64,000 bases of DNA from Oculina patagonica (lineage: Eukaryota). Each line of letters starts with the position of its first letter. Within the stretch, counting starts at the first letter, position 1. A program made the position numbers and the translations under genes. The stretch covers positions 558,001 through 622,000 of the forward strand of contig NC_135770.1 in assembly GCF_052425735.1 (NCBI RefSeq), in the 5' to 3' direction. Shown here one piece after another: positions 24,701-35,530 of this stretch. The notes beneath the pieces are model-generated. The model had not been told where the DNA came from. It saw only the letters and a list, made by a program, of their open reading frames with translations, and made no database searches.

Positions 24701-26630
24701 CTTAGAATAATTTCAGGGTGCCCAAACGTAGGTTCTTATGTAAGAAATCTTGTCCACCCAGCTCTTAAAAGCTTTCATGATAGCAAAGTTATACAAGTCA
24801 CCCGAAGACAAAAGTAAGTCACCAGTGACACCCAGGCACTGCTAGAGCACAGCTCATTGATATGATGATTTTTCACACACAATTTGAAATAATCATAATG
24901 AACTTTGTTTGTCTTAGTGATGAATTGACACTGGAGGGCATCAAGCAGTTCTTTGTGGCTGTAGAACGAGAAGAATGGAAGTTTGACACCCTTTGTGATT
25001 TGTACGACACCCTTACCATTACACAGGCTGTTATTTTCTGCAACACCAAGAGAAAGGTTGGTTTACTTAGCAGTTGTTTGGAAATTTGGTTAGGTCACAA
25101 CAGGTTAAGGTTTTTCATAAGCTAAGTTCTGTTATACCATATTTTTTTGATTTAACGCTGGGTATAGAATGATAATATTGCTGGGTTTCCAAGGTGGAGT
25201 TGAAAATAGGCACCTTAGGTATTTATTAGAGGCATAATAAGCAGAAGCTGTAGATATATTAGCCAGATACATGTTTGTCCACAATAATAATTAAAAACTT
25301 TTGCTTAAAATGAACACCGAGCTTGAATAACTGCAGGAGTCAAATTAACGCTGGGCCCATCAGCCTAAGTTTGAAATAAACGCCAGGGGCATTTATTGAG
25401 AAAATATGGTAATTTTATTACTGTAATCAATTATGCTGTAAATGATAATTTCTTAGGAGAGTTTTTTTTTTGCTAGGTTGACTGGCTTGTGGAGAAGATG
25501 AGAGAAGCCAACTTCACTGTTTCATCAATGCACGGTGACATGCCACAGAAAGAAAGAGATGCCATCATGAAAGAATTCAGATCTGGACAAAGGTATGCAG
25601 TCATGAAGTTAATGTCAAATCAGCTACCACTGGATGAAAGCCCAGGGTTCATAAAGTTTTAAGGGAAAAAGAAGCAATTACTGATCTGTAGCTTTCATTT
25701 TGCAAATTTCTGACACCCTGTTATGTTGTTTCTTCTTCAGTCGAGTGCTGATTTCAACAGACGTGTGGGCCCGAGGTATTGACGTACAACAGGTGTCTTT
25801 GGTTATCAACTACGACCTTCCAAACAATCGTGAATTGTACATTCACAGGTATGGCCACTGCTATTAGTCCATTTTGCCATTGGTTAGGTAGGAGGAAGGA
25901 GGGTGGGGGCATTGTGTGTGATGGCCCAAGTTACTGCTACCAAAGGGGCTGCTTTATGTACTGATACAGTCATGTGGTTTGTTCCTTTATGTGGATGTGT
26001 CAGGATCTTTTGCAAGTTGCCAAAATTACGAGTACATTTTTATCATAAGAGGCTGATGTTTTTTGTGAATTTTATTTCTGATAGCTTATTGAAACTAGAA
26101 AACATTTTCATCGTGGCATTTTTGGAGTTTTGCTTGTTATTTAATAAATTGAGCTTCATCAGAATGTGAATCACTTTATGTCTTGAAATTGTTCATTTAA
26201 GGATTGGTCGTTCAGGTCGATTTGGTCGCAAAGGTGTTGCCATCAACTTCGTGAAGTCAGATGATATCCGAATCTTACGTGACATTGAACAGTATTACAG
26301 TACACAGATTGATGAAATGCCCATGAACGGTAGGTTTCCTTTCCATTGTGCATTATGTAATCAGTCCCATGCCTTATTTGATGGTTCTTAGAGAAAATGC
26401 CCACATGCAAATTTTTTTTCAAGTATTGCTGTTTCATTTTTCCATGCCGTACAGGGGAAATAAAATCTGTGCAAGCTTTTGAGTAAAAAGAAATGAAAAG
26501 ATTTACTTTGTGGCAAATAGTATTATCTTCAGGTTCTCTCACTCTATCTGTAACACTTTCAGTTTGTATAACTGTAAGACTCACATGTATGTTTTATTTT
26601 GCTTCTCTTTCAGTGGCTGATCTGATCTAA
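20275..26630 (+). CDS. EIF4A3: Eukaryotic initiation factor 4A-III (EJC DEAD-box helicase), 13 coding exons
   Basis: Exons ~20275-20419, 20512-20584, 21237-21303, 21543-21605, 22523-22655, 23569-23649, 23741-23793, 24416-24504, 24918-25056, 25477-25592, 25741-25848, 26202-26329, 26614-26630. Motifs [56 protein letters not shown] and C-terminal EMPMNVADLI*; eIF4A3-specific [24 protein letters not shown]. Confidence 0.96.
21691..21990 (-). mobile_element. 3' fragment of an L2/CR1-type LINE with (TTA)n tail
   Basis: The minus strand reads [17 protein letters not shown]...KLKTYLF, typical of the L2 ORF2 C-terminus, and ends at the (AAT)n microsatellite. Confidence 0.7.
22183..22257 (+). ncRNA. 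SNORD2: Box C/D snoRNA, SNORD2/snR39B-like (copy A), in EIF4A3 intron 4
   Basis: Box C GTGATGA 22188-22194, guide ACCATCTTTCGGG 22209-22221, D' CAGA 22223-22226, C' TGTTGA, box D CTGA 22250-22253, stem CAAG/CTTG. The +5 rule points to the G in CCCGAAAG. Confidence 0.87.
23108..23389 (+). mobile_element. tRNA-derived SINE with CORE-like middle
   Basis: Box A GTGGCCTAATGG and box B GTTCGAGCC, then TTCTTGGGCAAGACACTTAAC...CCACCCAGGTGTATAAATGGGTACC. Degenerate copies at ~39920-40110 (+) and ~52765-53035 (-). Confidence 0.85.
23814..24166. mobile_element. MITE in EIF4A3 intron 7
   Basis: TIR CAGTGCTCCAAGCT / AGCTTGGAGCGCTG; CACAA repeated on both flanks. Confidence 0.6.
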
Positions 26631-27618
26631 AGTTCCAGGGATGATGATGAGGAGCCAACCAACATTATATAATCTTTTGGCAATAAATTATATTTATTGT
26701 TACAGCATGGTAGACACTAGAGTTTGTTCTGTGAAAAGAGTCCTTCTTGTTATCCAGATCTCGACATTTTTATAGTTAGATCTCACTGAATGTTCAGGGA
26801 AAGCACAGGAAAGATGTGATTTGGACTTTGTTCTAATTCCAAATTCAGATAATGCTAATTTTTATATCAACCTTTAGCAAAAAGGGAAGATACACTTTCT
26901 TTTATAAAGCTCTTTTCACGTATTTAGATACAGAACAACATCGATAACATGAGCTACTTGTTCACAAGTGAGTAAGGGAGAGAGAGTGTAAATTTATGTA
27001 GTAACACATTCATTTGTTATTATTGCTGTGTTAGTTTTACCCACATAATTTTAGTCCCCATAGAAACACTAAAACACTTGTAAAAAAACAGTTTTAATTC
27101 AGGAATTGTTTTCAAAATCCCCTACATCTGTTTATTTTGTGTATGTTACATTATTATGTACAATGTAGTCGACTTTACCATTCTTCACTAACAGTTTGCT
27201 TGCTTGTTTTATGAATAAAGTTATTTGACAACATATTCTGTCCAAGCTCCTGTATTAATTCTATCTGTTTCAAGATACATTGGCTAGAAGACCCAAAAAA
27301 AAGCATGGCGTACCATAAATTAACACATAATAACTAGTAGCTGACAGTTTGTTAATAGAATGTTACACAAAGGTTTTTTCTCCTGCAGTTATATTTACAT
27401 CTCTTTCTTATATGAAGTCATATATAGAAAGTATACCTTACATAAAAAGCAGAAAGAAATAGATGCATGAATGAAAAACATGTCAATTTTCAAACTGAAT
27501 TATAACAATCACCAAATGCTTTTTAAGATATTTACATTTCATCTAAAGTGAAGTGCTTGACCTTATGAAGGTAAAATAATTTAATTTATAAGTCAAAATT
27601 AGTAATCCAGCAAAGTGA

Positions 27619-28092
27619 CTAATCATCCTCATCGTCATCATCTTCCTCGTCTTCCATCTCCGCAGCCTCCATTGCTTCCTGTTGCGCAGCCTTGAGAGCC
27701 TTCTCTTCCTCCACCGATGGGTCCTCAGCCTCAGTGATCTCTGGTCCGCTAGTGAATTCCTCTTGTGGTGGTGGAGGAGGAGGTGGGCTGTAGTTCTCTG
27801 CACTGAATTTCTGGCCCCAGCCAACATAAATGTTCTCAAATTTTCTGGAATAAGAAAACATCACGATAAATTGCTGTATAAAATGCTATGTAGTAATGAT
27901 AAGCCATATTAGTAGAAACTCAGCTGTGTTCTATTGGAAATCCGCGAATCTGATTGGTTCTCCCACTGTTTTCTATTCGCCGATAGAAAACAGTCGCGCG
28001 CGCGCGTAGCTCTTTAAGCGGTAAATTTTCTTGATTTTTGTCTTCAAAGTGCACAATATTGTAGGTTTTGGAATGCAATGCTTTAGAGTTTC

Positions 28093-28128
<36 letters not shown>

Positions 28129-28129
28129 T

Positions 28130-28165
<36 letters not shown>

Positions 28166-28172
28166 TTGCTCA

Positions 28173-28204
<32 letters not shown>

Positions 28205-31200
28205 ATAGATTTAAACTTTTATTAATGTACAAATAATCATGATGCTGTCCACTGATACATTTACTGTAACAGACTGCAAAATGATCCCCATTATGCATGA
28301 ACTTGTATAAATGTGTAGAGCAAAATCAGGGATAGATGTGAGAAATTTTCTTCATAAGCCTGAATTTAAGTCATTTCCTTTGGGTGTTTGCTCCCACTTG
28401 CTTTGTAGCTTACTTCCTCACATACCGGTAATGGTCCTGTCTTGGGCTAGCAAGGTTTACAAGCTTGGCTCACAAATGGTGCTTTGCACTGCCCATGCAC
28501 TCTCGACAAAGAAATAAATGTGAAATATAGTTTTTTTAAAATACTGTTTTGCATCTAACAGTGAATACCAACCTCTCAACAGCAAATGCATGTGCTCCTG
28601 GCCACAGGTTGGAGTGCATAACAGCTAGGGAGTACTGAGGAACTAAAGTAGAGGATTTCTGTGCTGTCCATGGAGGCATGCTATCAACCTCTGTTAGAAA
28701 TAAATAAGAGAGCAATAAGGGGGGTTCCACATAAATAATTACTACAGTCTCAATACTAAATATGACAGTGTGATGTAGCCCTGCTCTTACCAGCATCTTC
28801 TGAGAGTGGTGTCAGCAGTGGCGGACCTTGTTCAGGTTCTGGTTCATCAGGCTCTTCCCTTTCTTCGTCCTCCTCTTCTTCCTCCAGTTCCTCCTCCTCT
28901 CTCTTTTGCGAGGGGTTAAACCAAGTGCAACGACCCTACAAAACCAGGCAATAAGCTTCAGAAAATGACATCACATGCGTAGCTGGTAAGTGCTTTGTTT
29001 ATGGAGAACGAAAGAGAGATGGAGCCGCGAGGGATTTGGGGAGGAGTTCACTTGCCGCTCACGCACGCGAGCTTCGCCCGCAATTTTTCTCGCCCCCCAC
29101 CCTCATCTTGCCGGCTACGCAGGCTACTATATTTATTGACTTATTTCTATAATATTTTACAAATTGATTAAATTTAAAGAAGGAATTTTAGGGACTCGTC
29201 ATAAAGTACAGGGGGGTAGGCTATGAAAAATTGGGGGTGGGTTACTATTTTTCAACATGTCAAAAAGGGTGGGTCAGGAAAAATATTGCTAAGCACTGCA
29301 TTAGTGGTGGGTCATGGTTAAATTATTCATTTAACGGCATCTAGGGTGGGGGGGTGGTGGGTAATAGTGAATTCCCATTTAAAACTTACCTGTGGAAGAA
29401 CATACTGGACGTGATGAACCCAGTTAGCACAGGATGGATCAGTCATTTCATTCACAGTGAGTCCTTCAAACTCCAGATTCACCACAAAGGAGTCACGAGC
29501 TGGTAGTTAAAATTATATGTATTTGAAATTGATCTGAAGTGATTAAATGTGTAAACTAAGTAACAGAAGAAAACATGAATGAAGGAATGAACAAACAAAT
29601 TTGTACCTCCTCCTTCCTCATCCTCATCCTCTTCCTCTTCAAACATGTAGTAACCAAGAGGACTGATGTTTGTTGTGGCTGATATTCTCGCAATCTGAGC
29701 TCTTAAGTAGTTGGCTTCATTTCCAGGAAAAGGTGGATAGCTTACAACCTGATAAGTGCAAACCAATAAGGAAATCATTAATAAAATTTTTTAAAATTTT
29801 TTAACATCAAACATGGGCCTCTCTATGGGTATTTCCGAAGAAATCGAAGACGCGAAGATCACCGCAGAAAAAAAGAAGATCTCAAGATGTAAGCGAAGAT
29901 CTGAAATTGACCAAAATTCATGTGATTAAATTGAACACTCAGATATAAAACTGTCATAACTCATAAACACTACAGAAAATATCTGGAATTTCTAAATTTT
30001 GGCATTTGACTACATAACGAAAAAAACAAATGGAGATGAAACGAAGATCTGCTTAAAAAACCCGAAGATTTGCAAAAAATTACGAAGAAAATGAAGACTG
30101 GGTACCCGTAGAGAGGCTCAAACATCATAATAATTATAATTATTCCACTTTATAATATAGATAGGAGTCTACACGCGCTCTGATTGGCTAAAAACCTATG
30201 TTTTATCAGAGTATAAAACAGAAAAATCATGTTTTGTTTCAACTTTGCTCGATTGCTTTGCGCGTCGTTGACTGTTCGTTGGCTATAACCACTCGTATCC
30301 AATAAGGGCGAATGGAATAAATGTTTTATTAAATTCCTAGTATAAATCCACTGGACATTTCATTTTGATGTAAACGAAGTGAAAGTCCTCTCCGGGGATA
30401 TGAGGAAGCGGGAAAAATTGCGGCGTGGTGTTCACTTCTTGAGTTGAATGAAACTCGCAAGGAAAGTGAGCGAGAGAGTTTTCTTTCGAAGTTTTTCTTC
30501 GACAATCTCCTTTTAAATCGTCTATTCATGCTGGAAAATTGTGACAACAATTAAGGTTTACGGGAAGATCCAAGGCAATAGCTTTTCTGGAAATTATACG
30601 CCTTGTTCAAGTCGAACGAAGCAAGGGACAGCTGTCATCGAGACTACTATACTATATTATGCTGAGACAAAATTGCACTCAGAGTCGTTGAAGTTTATTG
30701 TGGCTCAAAGAAAGATCAAGTTGAGGTTTTTTTGGTTTTTTCTTGTTTTCTACATTTCCCTCGTGTTCTCAAATGCCTGCCCTGTTTTATGACAGAATAA
30801 AACATAGCTTAGGCTTCTTTATTTGTTATGTGTTAAACATGTAGGTAACAATTGTTATTGAGCTTCATAGGCCTGCATAACATACAGAGAGCTAGACAAT
30901 TATTGCTACTAGCAACTTAGGGAATAGAAGGTCTGGAATTTTTTTAAATGAAAAGGCTTAGCAACATAATGACTGAGTGGAATTTTTATTAAACCAAACT
31001 TACAGGTGCTTGAAGATTTCCTGTGAAGAATTTTCTGATTTGTCTTGAGACCACAATCTGTGCAGGAGTGACAGGGGGGAGTCTTACCCACGGACCTCCA
31101 GCTGTAGTAAAACAAATTACAATAAAAACACTTAAGATAGTTCAATTCATGCGTATATAGATGACATGTACAGTGTAGATCTAGTTAGCCTAGTGGTATG

Positions 31201-34200
31201 GTCAGGCTTGTTTTTTGTTTTGTACTTTCCTAGCCAGCAAATGTTCAGGGAGTTACTGGTAGTCTACTCAGAGCAATATGTATTCACAGCTGTTTGAGCT
31301 TGCATCACCAGCTGTAGCACCCAGGGGGGTACTCAGGATTTCAAGTAACAGGGATGATTGAAGGATTTTTTTGGGTTCGAAATTTTCGATTCCGGGATTT
31401 TTTTGGGTAGGAAAATTTGGCAAGTATTTTTTTTATTTAAGTACGGATGTTTTTGGGTATTTAAACAAATTTAAAGATTCATGGTAGTGCTTCGGCTGTG
31501 TAGTTCTGCGAATAAAGTACAAACAAACATGGTTTGCAGTTGATTTTTTAGGGGTCAATTTTTAATCTATGGATTTTTTTGGTTGTGTTGGAAACCCTAG
31601 GGTTTTTTTTTTGGGTCTTGATTTTTGCCCCCATTCGATCATCCTGGTCACTTGAAATCCCAGGGGGGTACTCCGACTTGTAAATGACGGGGATGATCGA
31701 ATGGAGGCAAAATTCAGGACCCAAAAAATCCCTAAGTCTCCCGACATTACCCAAAAAATCCCTGAACCAAAAATAACCCCCCAAAAAATCCCTTGTCAAA
31801 TTACCCCTAAATTGCCAGGAGGTGCAATAAAATAACACAAAGAACGCTCGTTTTGTTTATTCATCATACCATAAATACGCCAAGGCCGCGCCAAGGCACA
31901 TTAGTTCGTTTTTTAAACCCAAAAAAATCCCCTATTTAAATCAAGATACCCAAAAAAATACTTGCCAAATTTTCCAACCCAAAAAAATCCCGGATCGAAA
32001 TTTCAAACCAAAAAAATCCTTTGATGATCCCCGTCATTAACAAGCTGGAGTACCCCCCTGGGCTTGAAATCCCAAGTACCCCCCCTCCCCCCCCACCCTG
32101 GGCTGTGGCACCAGCCACCTTTAATCTAATGTAAGTCGCTATCACTGGGCATGAAAGAGAATTTACTCACATTCATTGCATACAAAGTATGTTTTCTTGT
32201 TGCAGCCTGTTCTGCTGTCTTCTTTGGGAATAACTGGTGGTGGTTTAAATTCTGTCTGAGGGACATCATCTTCTTCTACATCAAAATCTCCTGCAAAGAA
32301 TCGAGTTCTGTTTGTTAATATCACATATTAATATCAGTAAAAGGTAATATTCAGTGTACCATGAAAGCAATCAAAAGGCTGGAAGGTAAACCGTATTGAT
32401 CATATTTTGTTTTCTAACCTTCTTTGATGATGTCTGTTTTTGCTTCAATATTCTGAAGAAAAAGAAAGAACACGAGTTTGCTTTGTTAGGCGTACGTCTG
32501 CTCATTTAGGTAACCTAGCTGGAGAAAAGATACTTTATCGGATAAACTTTTTGGTTGATTCTCTCAAACCCTAGATTTTTTGAAATTCCCAACAACTTGA
32601 ACCAAAAGTCATTTCCCTTCCCTCATCATTGTAATTTTAGTTTTAAGTCTCATACATGTATCTCTGACTTTGAAAAAGGCAAGAAATCAAATAAAGTAGT
32701 CAGAAGGCAAGCACATGTACCTCTTGTTGTTCTTGCTGTCTGTCGTCATCTTGTGGTTCCTCTGGGTCTTCTCCTTCAAAAAACTCCACTTCAGCAATTA
32801 CATAATTTGCATGGATGCCAAATATTTTACCTGAAAAGGAAACCATCCGGTCATAAATCAACCTTTTCTTTCATTTTATCAGGATAATTACCAGGTATTG
32901 AAATTTCATTGGCCTACTTTTGCCAGCAGTTTCAAACGTTAACAAGAAGTCACTTTATCAAACACTGTCAGATGATATGCAGTGAATTTTACTCATTGTT
33001 CACATTTCTGCTTGCCTTCTACCCTGCAAACAGGCTCAAAACTGAGGCAGGGCAAAAAAAGCAAAGCAAGCCGAACATAGCCTGGGAGAGAAAGTAATGC
33101 GGGGCATGCTCAGGCCACGCCCAGGCCATGCTCAGCTCATTTTGCTCGCCCTTCTTGTCTTGCCCCTGCACTTGGGAGCCTGGGGGGTTCGCAGGCTACA
33201 TGTCCCGGCAGGACTTTGAAAATACTATGCACCTTGTAAATTATCAAAGTGTGCTTTTTACTTGCCAAACCGTCAAATAAGATGTACATATGCATACCGA
33301 TGAATTTATCAAACAACATTACAGAAATTTTAAAAGGTTTCACTTATCTCACCCCAAAATCTACATGTCCTTATTGGCTGGGTGTCAATCAAAAGTTTCA
33401 AAGCTAAAAATACTCGAAATGTTTCTTCTCTGCCAATGCCAACACCAGCTTGTTCAAAGTAGTTTGCGAGTTCCATCAGATCTGGTAAAGGTGCTTCTTC
33501 TTGGTCTTCTTCCATTTCTGGATCTCGCATCATGGGTTCCAGTTCTTGTTCAGTAGGTTTTCTCTGGAAAAATGACAATAAATCTTAGCAACCTGTGTCC
33601 CTATGCGCAATATTGTGTACACAAAAAAATATCTCAACATTTATGACTGCATTATTGAAATTGGGTAAGGCTTAGTATGGTATATCTTCCGTGGGGGGGA
33701 GGAGGGGGGGTGGTACTCAGGATTTCAAGTGGGCATGATCCAATGATTTTTGGGGGTTGGAAATTTTCGATTCTGGGATTTTTTGGGTAAGAAAATTTGG
33801 CAAATATTTTTTTAAGTTACCGAGTTTCTACTATATCAGCAAACTGCTATGCCAAACTCAGAGGGTCAGACTGAAAGCCTACATGTACCTATTTCAGAGA
33901 TGAAGTTGCAAGCCTGCAAGCAGATGCCCCCACAGGCTAGCTAAACCTATCCTATCCAGGGGTACAATCCTGTTCCAGGTTAAGAAAACATTAAGCAAGT
34001 TTTATAGTTACGAACCAGTCAAATAACTTCTTTTTGTGACGTTGCCTTATACAGTGGCAAAAGCATCGACTGTTCACAGCCCTCTATTTTTTCGATCAAA
34101 TCAAGATGCTGTGGACGGTCTAGCAAAAGCACAACTCACCTCAAACAGGGTCAACTGGGATCTTGCAAGTAACACTTCTGTAGATTCATCTTCTTTATTC

Positions 34201-35175
34201 TTAAAAAAATCGCATTTTATGAAATATTAAATTTATGTGTATAATGCCATTAGGTAAAGCTTCATGGTTTTTTCCCACCATTTTGAAAAGACTGCTCGCT
34301 GTTATACACAGTGTTTATACATGAATCCAATGCTGAATAATTCCCATAATAATTTATTATTACAGCTTATGATCCCAATCAAAATATACCATCGATCACC
34401 TCTCTCTTAATGGACACCTCTATATGATGGACACCTCTATAAGATGGACACCTGGTGTTGGTCCCCTCCCTGTAGTTTTTCAGTCATTTTTGTGTACTAA
34501 CTAAACTCCCTATAAGAAGGACACCTAGATCTAAGACGGACAGTTGGAGCCAGTACTGATGGTGTTTGTTTTAGAGAGAGTTGACTGTACGTACAGGTTT
34601 GTTATAACCAATAAAACATTTTTTACGTGATGTCTACAGCAATTTTAGTTAGGTAGGTAATTCAGTGGGACAAATGCATTTACCTGAATAGTGTCAAAAC
34701 TGGGACAGAATTTGGCCCTCTTTTCATCTCTTACAAGATCGTCTATTAAATCTGCAAGGATGGAAATTAATAATTAACTTATGTGAAATTGGTACAATGA
34801 CTACAGAGCCTCTAAAGTTACAAATAAAATTGAAAAATCTGTAAGCTTGAATGTTTTGTACAAAACAGCAACTTGCCTGCTACGTTTGCCGGTTTTTCTT
34901 CCAAGACCTTTCTTATAACACTTGCAAGATGATCATACCTGAACCAAGAGAGGAAAATATAAAAAATTATGACGCGTAAAGTAGCTGAGTAAGTTTGCTT
35001 CAATGTGCAATGATATTTTAAAAAGATCACAATCACAGCTCATGAATCGAAACGAGACCTGAAGTTATACTTACACATTTAGATTCGAATGTAAACTTGC
35101 TTTCAGCAAAAATGCCTTTGCATTTTGAAAATCGCTGTCTAAATCATTGCTGCTAGATTCACTTGTGTTATCCAT
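27619..35175 (-). CDS. RSPH4A: Radial spoke head protein 4/6 homolog (RSPH4A/RSPH6A), multi-exon
   Basis: Spliced peptides [103 protein letters not shown] and an acidic C-terminus. ATG at 35175, stop at 27619-27621. Confidence 0.93.
27915..28203. repeat. Interspersed repeat ending in a ~105-bp hairpin
   Basis: AACAATTAGACTAC...TTTTCTATGAGC...GCTCATAGAAAA...GTAGTCTAATTGTT near-perfect palindrome at 28099-28203. Confidence 0.6.
29816..30117. mobile_element. hAT-like MITE
   Basis: GCCTCTCTA...TAGAGAGGC ends; TCAAACAT on both flanks; internal GAAGAT repeats. Confidence 0.55.
31320..32102. mobile_element. Composite GGGGGTACTC-type MITE with 8-bp TSD
   Basis: CCCAGGGG...CCCTGGG ends; flanks CTGTAGCA/CTGTGGCA; internal inverted sub-elements. 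Related fragment at ~33690-33815. Confidence 0.65.
34390..34589. mobile_element. Degenerate Tc1/pogo-like MITE
   Basis: Repeated GGACACC motifs and terminal AGAGAGAGTTGACTGTA. Confidence 0.5.
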
Positions 35176-35262
35176 GGTGTTTTTTGTTTTGAAAAAGAAA
35201 TAAACGCTTTGAAACCTTCAGGTCTTCTGATTCCAACTTATTCGACCGCCATCAAGGTTTGT

Positions 35263-35276
35263 GTGACCATAGCAAC
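35263..35276. promoter_or_regulatory. RFX X-box upstream of RSPH4A
   Basis: GTGACCATAGCAAC fits the X-box consensus; ~90 bp upstream of the ATG of a motile-cilium gene. Confidence 0.7.
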
Positions 35277-35530
35277 ATTTCGTTGCTATTCAATAGAACT
35301 TCGGGACTCTTCGAGTGAACGAGGCGTTGGCGATTGCGTAACGACTACAATATTTCTGAATCGATAGATAACCGGAAATACTTCGTCACCAGTTCTCACT
35401 GCGCCAGGGTCGAACGGATTCATTTCATGTTTACAATATTTCAGACATTGCACAAAATCTAGTGTGGGAAGGGATGGAATTTTTGCGTAAAAGGCTAAAC
35501 GAACGGATTTGTAGCTGATAGTGGACAAGA

